A stretch of DNA of 23,647 nucleotides from a virus (IMGVR_UViG_2537561691_000015); one strand, 5' to 3'. Shown: positions 8,604-17,360, counted from the first letter of the stretch. Translations and numbers: made by a program. The notes: generated by a model not told the origin, from the letters alone.

Positions 8604-8931
8604 TTTTATGTAAGCCTCTCCTTACAGCTCTATCTAATTCAGAAAGCATACCTTCTTTATATTCACGACCATCAAGTACAGTGCGACTATAAAATTCGCT
8701 AGGCGAAGAAAATTTCGGCAAAACCGTTTCAAGCATACCTAGAAAGTATGAGCTTGATACAACAATTCCCTTGGGGATCAATAGATATAATCTATCATTA
8801 CTGGTTGTGCAAAATTTCCCTATATTAAAGTAATCATAGGCCTGGCGCCCATTAGAACGTCCAGCAAAAAGTTTCTTGTTACTATCTTTTACTAACTTAT
8901 TGAAATCTATGGTGATGTCAGCCATTTTCAT
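8587..8931 (-). CDS. Small STAS-like (anti-sigma-antagonist / DUF4325-like) protein, second gene of cargo operon
   Basis: 114 aa; 'IDF...GIVVSSSYFLGMLETVL' resembles the SpoIIAA/STAS phospho-serine region; starts 10 nt after gene-1 stop with a GAGGA RBS; family call from memory only. Confidence 0.55.
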   Translation of the reverse strand: MKMADITIDFNKLVKDSNKKLFAGRSNGRQAYDYFNIGKFCTTSNDRLYLLIPKGIVVSSSYFLGMLETVLPKFSSPSEFYSRTVLDGREYKEGMLSELDRAVRRGLHKNVPFF

Positions 8932-8941
8932 GTACCTGTCC

Positions 8942-10321
8942 TCAAGTTCGCTGGGTGGCGTTTTCTGGTAGAGGAAAACGAATATTGATCATAACTCCAG
9001 GAAATCGAGCATCCTTCATACGCTTAAGATAGTTGCGATCCGGTTCAGATTCAAGCCCTACATCATTAAAAGGGTAAGTAAAAATGTCACTTTCCTCGTC
9101 ATTAACCAACCTTTGCTTTAATTTATATGATCCATCAAAGTTAATATGAGTACTACCAGATATTAAAGTCATTTTTATCCCACCTTTAATATCTCTTCCC
9201 ATTTTTTTAAGATTATCATGCATATCTTGAAATAACTTCAATAATTCAATTGTTCCGGTGCCAGAACTGTCAGTTTCTTTCTCGTTTTTACAACTCACCC
9301 GCCCTTGCAAGGCCGCTACTGTTGTTAATCCTTCCTTAAACATACCCTTTTTCTTAATATGCTTATTTATGTATGGATTAACTTGTTGACTTAATGAAAA
9401 ATGATCCTCAGGTAAATTATCAAAAGTTTCGCTGATAGTTTTCCCAAAATTGAAAACAGCCAACTCACATATGGGGTTTCGTACGTTATTATTAACAAAA
9501 CCTCTCAAATACCAGCGTGGGCGTTGCTCTAACCCACAATGCCGCTCCGCATTATCAAGGAGTTCCCCCATGCAGGAAGTTAAATGCTTTTCTGCCTCAT
9601 GTACAAGTTTTAAATTATGATCATTTAAGCATTCGTTTATGTATGCGGTAAATTTTTCAGCAGTGACATTTTTTCTGTCATGGGCAAAGGCAGAAGCATT
9701 CTCCTTTCCGATACTATCAGCAGAGAAGATTCGTTTCTTCGGATTCGCTTTTTTCGATGCTTCAGTAGAGTCCAGAACTTTACCTGGTGCAGCATTACTA
9801 ATCTCTTTTACAAGCCCGACATCCCTGATAATTTCAAGATACTGTTCATCTTTAGGGTAGATACCATTAATCTGAATCATCGTATCTTTGAAATTTATAT
9901 TACTTTGCCTTGCTGCTGTAAGAGCAACACCTAATAGACACTCAAGACCAAGACAGTGTTTTTTGTTTTTCTTGTAATCAAAAATATATGATTTCCATTT
10001 ACCTCTTGCAATTAATTTTGTGGCTGCACTAATAAATAGCAGAGATTTCTCTGGATTGTCATATAAGTCAAAATATTTAGGTATTAATATCTTCTCTGCG
10101 TCACGACGAAGAATTGATGAGTCATACTCTTTTATAATCGATATATTTTCAATGAACGTAGCGACTTGGTTTTGGACAGGAGTTGTTTCATCGGAAAAAC
10201 GAAGACTACCATTTTTCTCTTGCGCAGGCTTTTTTTTCTTAGCTCTCTCAACGCTACGAAGAAATCGCAACCATCCACGTAAAAAGGTTCTTTTAGAATC
10301 TTCTTTATTGATTTTTTTCAT
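8942..10321 (-). CDS. GHKL/HATPase_c-like ATPase-domain protein (SpoIIAB/RsbW-type N-box), first gene of cargo operon
   Basis: 459 aa from ATG 10321 (the track's 10417 start is TTG and lies inside phased repeats); N-box-like 'GELLDNAERH' (E-x3-N-A-x2-H) and G2-like 'DSSGTGTIELL' in the C-terminal half; N-terminal ~230 aa basic region of unknown function; AT-rich. Confidence 0.6.
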   Translation of the reverse strand: MKKINKEDSKRTFLRGWLRFLRSVERAKKKKPAQEKNGSLRFSDETTPVQNQVATFIENISIIKEYDSSILRRDAEKILIPKYFDLYDNPEKSLLFISAATKLIARGKWKSYIFDYKKNKKHCLGLECLLGVALTAARQSNINFKDTMIQINGIYPKDEQYLEIIRDVGLVKEISNAAPGKVLDSTEASKKANPKKRIFSADSIGKENASAFAHDRKNVTAEKFTAYINECLNDHNLKLVHEAEKHLTSCMGELLDNAERHCGLEQRPRWYLRGFVNNNVRNPICELAVFNFGKTISETFDNLPEDHFSLSQQVNPYINKHIKKKGMFKEGLTTVAALQGRVSCKNEKETDSSGTGTIELLKLFQDMHDNLKKMGRDIKGGIKMTLISGSTHINFDGSYKLKQRLVNDEESDIFTYPFNDVGLESEPDRNYLKRMKDARFPGVMINIRFPLPENATQRT

Positions 10322-10400
10322 TTCCAAATGTTCCTGCAAAGTTAACGTAGCCCACAAGGCGCTAAGTATACTTTCTGCTATATTTTTTTCACTATACAAA

Positions 10401-10427
10401 TGCACAATAGTGCACAAATTTGCACAA
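10401..10427. promoter_or_regulatory. Three helically phased direct repeats TGCACAA (starts 10401, 10411, 10421) upstream of the cargo operon; candidate operator/activator site
   Basis: Seen directly; exact 10-bp periodicity; on the operon strand they read TTGTGCA and sit just upstream of -10-like TATAGT and TATACT hexamers. Confidence 0.4.
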
Positions 10428-10801
10428 TTTTTTTGAACGACTTTTTGCCCTTCCGGCCCGCATGGTGGCTGGATCCGTCAAGGATCCGTGCGTGCACAAA
10501 AAAACGCATTTTTTCTGCGCGCAGGTGACGGGGGAACAGCCCGCGTTTCAGGGGGTAAATAGCATCCCCTGAACGATGTCGCAGCGACACAACAGAATGG
10601 CTGTATTTCTCACGCTGAGCGTGAAAAAGACGTGAGGGCTTTTGATTTGATGGGGTGAAAGGTAAGGCCGTCAAAATCGCACTGAGACGGCGAGAACATG
10701 CAGTCAACGCGGTGGGATTGCGTAAGAGTCTGACTGTCGATGATGGCAATCAGCAGGAAAGCGTCGTGAAATTATCTGACTGATACAGGAGCTGGAGAGT
10801 C

Positions 10802-10824
10802 GGGGCATAAATTTTTTATGCCCC
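10802..10824. terminator. Stable hairpin (10-bp stem GGGGCATAAA/TTTATGCCCC) just downstream of portal gene Q; putative terminator
   Basis: Perfect inverted repeat seen in sequence, about 30 nt past the Q stop on the minus strand; no clean U-tract, so function is uncertain. Confidence 0.35.
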
Positions 10825-10851
10825 GGCGAAGCAGCAGACAAGCGAAGCGCG

Positions 10852-11898
10852 TCAGGATGTGGGCTGGGTGTCTAACAGTGCGTAAGGGTTAAAGCGGATC
10901 ACCTCTTCGCCAAGCCAGTCATTGATGTGCTTCATGGCCTCCATGACGGGCATCAGCTCGTTAATTGCGTAAACCCGCGCGGCCTTCTCCACATCACCAA
11001 ACGCACTTTTTTCGCCCGGCATCGCCCCCATCAGTTGCGGCGGAACGCGGTGCGCAGCCAGCACATCATCACGGGATGCCGCCTTAACATTCATGAACTC
11101 ATCTTTTGCGGTGATCTGCTGGAACGGCAAAATTTGCACCCCTTCTTTGCCCCCGTTGGGCGCATGAATGAGCACGTTTTTAAATGCACCACCACCACGC
11201 GCACCCTGTAACGTTTCTTTCAGGGAGTCCATGCTTTCGCGGTTTACCTGCGCTGCACCGATGTAGATGATGCACCCGGCGTGGGATCCGTTGTCGTAGT
11301 ACAGTTTTCTGAACATGTCCGCCGAATGAGAAAGGCTGGCCGAGAGTAATGCGCCAAGATATTCCGGCATGCCGTAGATTTCCTGGTTAATATCCGGATT
11401 CATCAGGTGGCACACTTTGCCAGGGCGAAACTGGAACGCGTCCTTGCCATCCTGCACATACCACCATGATTCAAGATCGCTTCCGCGTCGCATGTATTTC
11501 GCCAGGGCGTGCCGTAATTTAAGCGGTTCGCCGAGCATATTGCTCCGAAGCTCAAGGAATGCGTTACCGAACACAAACCAGTCCAGCGCCAGCGCCGAGA
11601 AATCCTGCCGGGAAAGCAGCGGGTGCGGGATGTAGCAACCGAGTAATACATTGCGCTTAAAGTAAAGCGCAGACTGATGCCAGGACGTTTGCCGGGCGGC
11701 TCTTGCCAGACCGTACCAGTCCACCGGGGTTTCATACCACCGCCCGTTATCAGCACAGTACATATTGTCCAGCAGGTCATGCCCGGTCAGGCGATAAGGA
11801 CCATCAAATGTGAATGCACTGAGCGATGATTCTTTCCTGAGCGCATCAGCGAGATCAATGCGTGAACTCATGCGCACTTTTTTATTTTTTCTGCTCAT
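10852..11898 (-). CDS. Q: Portal protein (P2 gpQ-like)
   Basis: 348 aa (P2 Q about 344 aa as I recall); start overlaps P stop (ATGA); canonical position next to large terminase. Confidence 0.9.
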   Translation of the reverse strand: MSRKNKKVRMSSRIDLADALRKESSLSAFTFDGPYRLTGHDLLDNMYCADNGRWYETPVDWYGLARAARQTSWHQSALYFKRNVLLGCYIPHPLLSRQDFSALALDWFVFGNAFLELRSNMLGEPLKLRHALAKYMRRGSDLESWWYVQDGKDAFQFRPGKVCHLMNPDINQEIYGMPEYLGALLSASLSHSADMFRKLYYDNGSHAGCIIYIGAAQVNRESMDSLKETLQGARGGGAFKNVLIHAPNGGKEGVQILPFQQITAKDEFMNVKAASRDDVLAAHRVPPQLMGAMPGEKSAFGDVEKAARVYAINELMPVMEAMKHINDWLGEEVIRFNPYALLDTQPTS

Positions 11899-13649
11899 CA
11901 GAACTCCATAACCGTGAAACGCTCGTTTTCTCCTTCGCCGCCAATTGGTTCGTTAATGACAGCAAGCATGGTTGCCCACGCAAGGTCGCCGTGGCTGATC
12001 CCCCTCGCGCGGTCCGTTTCGTAAGTGATAAAGCCGCCCGGTGTTTTCACCTTACGCACGGCGTTAAAGGCCGCGACCAGCTCGCGTTCGGCGCGATCGT
12101 ATTCCCACCGCCCTGCACGCATTATTTGCAGCATTTTCAGTACCAGCGACCGTTTTGATGACAGCGTGAAGGTGTACGGAATAGCGGCAGGGAAAAACCG
12201 TTTCACTATCTGATAAACAGCCTCCCCGTTCCCGCCCGTCACATCAATGCCGATGTGTTCCACGTTGTAGTGACACGTGAACTCTTCAATGACTCTGGCC
12301 TGTTCTTCAAACTCCAGCCCCTGAACGCGTCGCGTCTCCACCGTTCGAAAACGGCCACCAGGAACAGCCGGAGGAACCACCACGGACACAGCGCCGCTGT
12401 CGCCGTTGCCACTGCTGCCGTTTGCGTCATACCCAATCCATACCGGGCGATTCCCCATCGGGCGGGGAGCAAAAGGTTTCCAGTCTTTCCAGTCGTCGTA
12501 TCCGTCAACACCACAGCCAATCAGGATATTCAGGTTAAATGCCGATTCCCCTTCGCGGACAAACTCACACATATAGAGATTGAGGAACTCGTCTTCGGTG
12601 TTTTCATCACGAATTTCATCAATATCGGTGTGTTTCCAGCCGTGATTAACCACATCTTCCAGCGTGACAATTTGCCGCCACGTCCGGTCAGGGCAGATAA
12701 GCCCGTTATGCAGCGTTTTCCAGTCCACAGAAAAACGCTGGCGTTTATGCGTGGCCTTTTTCTCGTTCCAGCGGTCGCCGTTCCAGTAGGCGTATGCCTC
12801 GTGCGTTTCGGTGGATGGCGTGGAGAAGTAGGTGCGCCGCAGTCCGCTGAGGGTTGCCATAGCGCCAGCCACCTTGCGCAGTTCAGCAAAGCGACTGACC
12901 CAGAAGAATTCATCAAAATAAAAATTGCCCGTATAGGACTGTGCCGACGCAGCAGAAGTGCCGAGAAAATGCAGCTCTGCGCCGTTGGAGAGGATGATTT
13001 TATCGCCCCCTTTCAGCTCCACATCAACTTCAGCCGCGGCCTTCTGAATAATGCTTTTAAACTGGAACGCCTGACGACGCGACGCAGACAAAAAAATCTG
13101 GTTACGCTGATAAGGTTGCACCACATCGTCACGCAGCGCCATCAGCAGTGCTTCCTGTGCAAAATACCAGGTCGCCCCAATCTGTCGGGATTTCAGGATC
13201 ATCCTGTTACGTATCCCGGCTTCCCTGCAAAGGGTCAGGGAGTCAAACCAGCCCCGCTGATGCCACTCCAGCCTGCTGATGATTTTTTCCCGCAGTGCGG
13301 CAATCTGTTCCGGCGTGAAATGATTTTTGAGTTTTTTCGCCCGGCCTTTCTTTCCTGCGGCCATCACATCCGGCTGGCCATCATGCAGCTTTTTAAGCTG
13401 CCGTGTCAGCAGGTCTATTTCCTTGAAGTCACCGCCTGTTTTATTCTGTTTTTCAGTAAGCTGGATGAGGCGCGCATCAATGGATTGCGTGACACGCTGC
13501 ACGGGTGGCGTTTCATCCCACTGGTCGCGTTTTTTCCACGCATAAATCGTGTTCGGGTTTATTCCCATCAGACGTGATATTTCTGCGGGCGGATAACCCT
13601 GCCAGTAAAGTTGTCGCGCACGCTGGCGCACAAAAGCGTCCTGAATCAT
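11898..13649 (-). CDS. P: Terminase large (ATPase) subunit (P2 gpP-like)
   Basis: 583 aa; GGGGGAG RBS; divergent from the O operon exactly as in P2. Confidence 0.9.
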   Translation of the reverse strand: MIQDAFVRQRARQLYWQGYPPAEISRLMGINPNTIYAWKKRDQWDETPPVQRVTQSIDARLIQLTEKQNKTGGDFKEIDLLTRQLKKLHDGQPDVMAAGKKGRAKKLKNHFTPEQIAALREKIISRLEWHQRGWFDSLTLCREAGIRNRMILKSRQIGATWYFAQEALLMALRDDVVQPYQRNQIFLSASRRQAFQFKSIIQKAAAEVDVELKGGDKIILSNGAELHFLGTSAASAQSYTGNFYFDEFFWVSRFAELRKVAGAMATLSGLRRTYFSTPSTETHEAYAYWNGDRWNEKKATHKRQRFSVDWKTLHNGLICPDRTWRQIVTLEDVVNHGWKHTDIDEIRDENTEDEFLNLYMCEFVREGESAFNLNILIGCGVDGYDDWKDWKPFAPRPMGNRPVWIGYDANGSSGNGDSGAVSVVVPPAVPGGRFRTVETRRVQGLEFEEQARVIEEFTCHYNVEHIGIDVTGGNGEAVYQIVKRFFPAAIPYTFTLSSKRSLVLKMLQIMRAGRWEYDRAERELVAAFNAVRKVKTPGGFITYETDRARGISHGDLAWATMLAVINEPIGGEGENERFTVMEF

Positions 13650-13803
13650 TGCTCCCCCTGAGTAATTACAGGAAGATTACCCGCGCGCGAAACCGTTCTC
13701 CTTAACCCCCTGTTCTGACTGTTTTCTTACAACAAAAGCCCTTTGTATCAGCCTGTTACGCTTTGCCATCATGACTGAAGAACCAGTCAGAGGGGCAAAA
13801 ACT

Positions 13804-14640
13804 ATGGCTAATGAAAAAAAGACATCCCGCAAAAAGTTTCGCGTGGCTGTCTCCGGTGTAACGGCAGACGGGCGCGAAATCAACGGCGACATGCTGAAAG
13901 CTGCCGCCACCAGTTATAACCCGTCCGTTTATGGTGCACGTGTGAATATTGAGCACATCTTGTCACCACTCCCCGGTAGCGAGTTTTCCGCTATGGGCGA
14001 TGTTGTGGGGTTGAGCACCGAAGACATAACCGATGGCCCGCTGGCAGGTCGCACGGCACTGTATGCCGAAATTGAGCCGACCGCTCGCATGATGTCCCTG
14101 CTTAACGATGGTAAAAAAATATACTCCAGTATTGAGCTGGAACCACAGTCAACCATCACGGGAGGCCCTTACCTGCGCGGGCTGGCAATGACCGACACCC
14201 CCGCCAGCCTGGGCACGGAACGTCTGGCCTTTGCGGCACAACAACGTATGCAACTGATGACATTCAACTGTCAGCAGGGAGACGTGGCGATGTTTACCGC
14301 CGCTATGGAGTCAGAACTTATCGAACTCACCGAACAACGTCAGGAAGAAGGCACCCAGTGGTTTAACCGCGTTATGGGGATTATTGGCCGTGGCCGCAAA
14401 GCGGATGACGCCAGTTTCTCCCGTATTCAGGAAGCGGTGGAAGGTGTCGCAACGTCACAGGCCGACATTATCGACCGTTTTAATGCGCTGGAAACCCGCC
14501 ATCAGCAGGACAGCCAGAAAATCACTTTACTGACCACAGAGCTGACAGCACTGAAGGAAAAACTGCGCACGCAGGACGGCGATCCGCAGAACCGGTTCAC
14601 CGCAACGGGCGCAGCCTCCGATCAACTGGCTGACTTCTGA
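13804..14640 (+). CDS. O: Capsid scaffolding protein (P2 gpO-like)
   Basis: 278 aa from ATG 13804 (RBS GAGGGG; N-terminus 'MANEKKTSRKKFRVAVSG' parallels recalled P2 O); an in-frame ATG at 13771 is possible but lacks an RBS. Confidence 0.85.
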   Translation: MANEKKTSRKKFRVAVSGVTADGREINGDMLKAAATSYNPSVYGARVNIEHILSPLPGSEFSAMGDVVGLSTEDITDGPLAGRTALYAEIEPTARMMSLLNDGKKIYSSIELEPQSTITGGPYLRGLAMTDTPASLGTERLAFAAQQRMQLMTFNCQQGDVAMFTAAMESELIELTEQRQEEGTQWFNRVMGIIGRGRKADDASFSRIQEAVEGVATSQADIIDRFNALETRHQQDSQKITLLTTELTALKEKLRTQDGDPQNRFTATGAASDQLADF

Positions 14641-14663
14641 TAAGACAAAGGAGCAATTTTTTT

Positions 14664-15716
14664 ATGAATCTGGTGATGTCAGATATTACCCGCAACAAGC
14701 TGGGTTGCTATATGGCGCAGCAGGCGTCGCTTAACAACATCCCGGTATCTGCACTGGTATCGCGATTTACCGTGGAACCCTCGGTGCAGCAGCGTTTTGA
14801 AAACGCAGTAAAGGAGAGCACTGAATTTACAAAAAAAATTAACGTGTTCGGTGTGACCGACCAGAAAGGCGAAAAAATCCTCCTGGACACCACCGGGCCG
14901 ATTGCGCGCACGAATACCAGTTATGACGGCACAAAACGCCGTAACCCGAATAACGTGGTTGATCTGAAAAACCGCAAATATCAGTGCGAACAGGTGAACT
15001 ACGACACGTTTATTTCGTATCCGCAGCTTGATGCCTGGGCGGCACACCCTGATTTTCAGTCACGCGTCAGCACACAGATTGCCCGGCAGGTGGCGCTTGA
15101 CCGCATCATGATCGGTTTCAACGGCACGTCTCACGCAGATGAGTCCAACTTCAGCACCAACAAGCTGCTTCAGGACGTTAACGTGGGATGGCTGGAGCAC
15201 ATCAGAACCGACGCCAGCGAGCGCGTAATGAATGACGTGACGCTGACCTCCCGCAACATGGACAACACCGTGGCGCACGCGGGTAAGTATGCGAACGCTG
15301 ATGCACTGGTACAGGACGCGCGCTCATCCCTGCTGGATGAATGGCACAAGGAAGCTGACGACCTCGTGGTGATTATGGGGCGCAACCTGTTTAACTCGCT
15401 GCGTCTGCCCGTGCTGAACAGCATCAGCGGCCAGAATCCCAATGCGGAATTACTTGCCGGACAGCTCATCCTGTCATCGCGCGCCATTGGCGGGCTGGAT
15501 GTATTCCTTGCGCCGTTCTTCCCGGATTCAACGATGCTGATCACCTCGTTCAATAACCTGTCGATTTACTGGCAGAAAGGAACAATGCGTCGCCTGATGA
15601 AAGACGAGCCGGAATACAACCGCATCGCCACCTACCAGTCCATCAATGACGCTTATGTCGTTGAAGACTATGGCAAGTGCGCGATGGTCACTGGCCTGAA
15701 GTTCGCCGACAGCTAA
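14664..15716 (+). CDS. N: Major capsid protein (P2 gpN-like)
   Basis: 350 aa; segments 'RFTVEPSVQQ', 'NLSIYW', 'YVVEDYG' match my recollection of P2 N; AAGGAG RBS. Confidence 0.9.
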   Translation: MNLVMSDITRNKLGCYMAQQASLNNIPVSALVSRFTVEPSVQQRFENAVKESTEFTKKINVFGVTDQKGEKILLDTTGPIARTNTSYDGTKRRNPNNVVDLKNRKYQCEQVNYDTFISYPQLDAWAAHPDFQSRVSTQIARQVALDRIMIGFNGTSHADESNFSTNKLLQDVNVGWLEHIRTDASERVMNDVTLTSRNMDNTVAHAGKYANADALVQDARSSLLDEWHKEADDLVVIMGRNLFNSLRLPVLNSISGQNPNAELLAGQLILSSRAIGGLDVFLAPFFPDSTMLITSFNNLSIYWQKGTMRRLMKDEPEYNRIATYQSINDAYVVEDYGKCAMVTGLKFADS

Positions 15717-15725
15717 TCAACTCAC

Positions 15726-15744
15726 GGCGGGCATCATGCCCGCC
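15726..15744. terminator. Intercistronic hairpin after the major capsid gene (possible attenuator)
   Basis: Near-perfect palindrome GGCGGGCAT-c-ATGCCCGCC 10 nt after the N stop; no following T-run. Confidence 0.3.
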
Positions 15745-15761
15745 TGTAACGGAGAGAAAAA

Positions 15762-16562
15762 ATGATTACTCCTGCACAGCAACACTGGCAGAACGTGATG
15801 GCACAGCGCGCAGGCCGGGCGAATGAAGGCGTGGACCACGCCGCGCGTACCGCGCATGAAGAGGTGCTGTATCGTCTGCGTCTGGCACAGGCCCGACTTA
15901 AGGGGGTACAGGCCAGAAGCGCGAAAGCCGCCATCAAAAAAGAGTTGTTGCCGGACTTTTCCGGCTGGATTGAGGGAACGCTGGAGGCTGACGGCGGGCA
16001 GCAGGATGAAGTGATTGCCACGCTGATGGTGTGGGCAATTGACTGCGGCGATCTTCCGCTTGCGCTGCGTATTGGTGCGTATGTGGTCCGTCACAACCTC
16101 ATCATGCCGGATAACTTTGGCCGTACTGCTGCCACGGTACTGACCGAAGAAATCTGCAACCCGGTACTGACGCAGGCCGGGACGGATGCCGACGCGGATT
16201 TGTCCGCCTTTATCGAACCACTGGACACACTTTGGGAAATTGTCGCCAACCAGGATATGCCGGACGAAGTGCGAGCCAAATTATGCAAGGCGTGCGCCTT
16301 TGCCCGCCGTAGCCTGAGCGATGCGGACAGCATGGCCTCATCACTGAAGCTGCTGCGCGAAGCGATGCACCTGAACCCGAACGCAGGTGTGAAACGCGAG
16401 ATTGCAACCCTTTCCCGCGCTCTGAAAAAAGCCGATTCCGCAGCCGCACCAGAAGATGCCAGCACACCACAGGCGCAGAACGAAAGCAGCAAAAGTAAAA
16501 AGACAACGCGGAAGCCTGCAACACGAAAAACCACCGCGACGCAGAAGGCGAAGCGCGGTTAA
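15762..16562 (+). CDS. M: Terminase small/endonuclease subunit (P2 gpM-like)
   Basis: 266 aa; 'MPDEVRAKL' and overall layout match recalled P2 M; basic C-terminal tail. Confidence 0.85.
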   Translation: MITPAQQHWQNVMAQRAGRANEGVDHAARTAHEEVLYRLRLAQARLKGVQARSAKAAIKKELLPDFSGWIEGTLEADGGQQDEVIATLMVWAIDCGDLPLALRIGAYVVRHNLIMPDNFGRTAATVLTEEICNPVLTQAGTDADADLSAFIEPLDTLWEIVANQDMPDEVRAKLCKACAFARRSLSDADSMASSLKLLREAMHLNPNAGVKREIATLSRALKKADSAAAPEDASTPQAQNESSKSKKTTRKPATRKTTATQKAKRG

Positions 16563-16663
16563 CGACTGACCCCGTCAGCGGGCGGCGTGCGCGGTGTTCC
16601 GGTTTGACTCCGTGACCGTTTACACCGCGCACCCACCGCCCGATTTTTTCAGGAGTGAACCCC

Positions 16664-17158
16664 ATGAGTATGGTTGCCAGAACCAACCCCGGACCCGCAG
16701 AGGACGACATCACCGATACCGATGATGGTGATACCCGTATTTCAGCGGGTGCATTCTGGCCGGATATTGTGCTGCGTGAGCTGCGTCTGGCGGTACGACT
16801 GCCGGGGCGCGTGACCACCTCCCGCCTGCTGCATACCGCCACCGGGGCGGTGGCTCACGTTACCCGCGAGCTGGAAGCATGGCAGCAGGAACAGCAGGCG
16901 GCTGGCCATCAGACGCTGGCCGATGTTCCGGCACCCGTAATTAACGGAGAAAGCGTCAATCTCTGGCACTGGCGCAATGCCGTTTATACCGCCACACGCG
17001 CCCTGATTCTGGAGCGTTACCGCGATGCGGACACAACGGATAAGGGCGACCGCCGGGCGGACGCACTGGATATACAGACATCGGATTTGTGGCGCGATGT
17101 GAGCTGGGCCATCTCTGACATTCTGCGCCGCCCGCGAATTTTTGCGGAGTTGTGCTGA
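16664..17158 (+). CDS. L: Head completion/stabilisation protein (P2 gpL-like)
   Basis: ATG 16664 with AGGAG RBS (track start 16655 is GTG); about 164 aa; position after M. Confidence 0.8.
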   Translation: MSMVARTNPGPAEDDITDTDDGDTRISAGAFWPDIVLRELRLAVRLPGRVTTSRLLHTATGAVAHVTRELEAWQQEQQAAGHQTLADVPAPVINGESVNLWHWRNAVYTATRALILERYRDADTTDKGDRRADALDIQTSDLWRDVSWAISDILRRPRIFAELC

Positions 17159-17358
17159 TGAAAGTGAAGGCACTGGAAGGCGACACCGTGGATTCGCTCT
17201 GTTTCCGGTACTACGGCACGACGCAGGGCGTCACCGAAAAGGTGCTGGATGCCAACCCCGGACTCTGTCAGCAGGTATTTCTGGACGCCGGGCAGGACGT
17301 GGAGATGCCGGAGCCGGAGAAGAAGAAACGAGAAATGATTCAGTTGTGGGGGGAGTAG
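17158..17358 (+). CDS. X: Tail protein X (LysM-like small protein)
   Basis: 66 aa from ATG 17158 overlapping the L stop (TGATG); size and position match P2 X. Confidence 0.7.
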   Translation: MKVKALEGDTVDSLCFRYYGTTQGVTEKVLDANPGLCQQVFLDAGQDVEMPEPEKKKREMIQLWGE

Positions 17359-17360
17359 CA

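Noticed and set aside
9386-9412. Possible Walker A (P-loop) around 'FNFGKT' in cargo gene 1
   Set aside because: Does not fit G-x4-GK[ST]; more likely part of the GHKL ATP-lid region than a P-loop.
8942-10417. The 491-aa version of cargo gene 1 starting at 10417
   Set aside because: That start codon is TTG and the first ~30 codons are the phased TGCACAA repeats; ATG at 10321 with an AGGAA RBS is the more plausible start.
10401-10427. Possible CRISPR-like repeat array
   Set aside because: Only three 7-bp repeats with 3-bp spacers; far too short for CRISPR; interpreted as regulatory phased repeats.
10527-10545. G-rich segment GGTGACGGGGGAACAGCCC as a cos 19-mer
   Set aside because: Only loose resemblance to the P2/186 cos as I remember it; too many mismatches to call without an alignment.
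10378-10749. 123-aa minus-strand ORF in the cargo-operon/Q intergenic region
   Set aside because: No RBS, overlaps the regulatory repeats and the putative cos region; composition-driven ORF.
12255-13577. 440-aa plus-strand ORF
   Set aside because: Antisense to terminase gene P, which has clear homology and operon context; long antisense ORFs are expected in GC-rich coding DNA.
13771-13803. Upstream ATG for scaffold gene O
   Set aside because: No RBS, and the 13804 start gives an N-terminus paralleling P2 O; kept 13804.
16210-16842. 210-aa minus-strand ORF spanning the M-L junction
   Set aside because: Antisense to M and L, Arg/Ser-rich low-complexity product, no operon logic.
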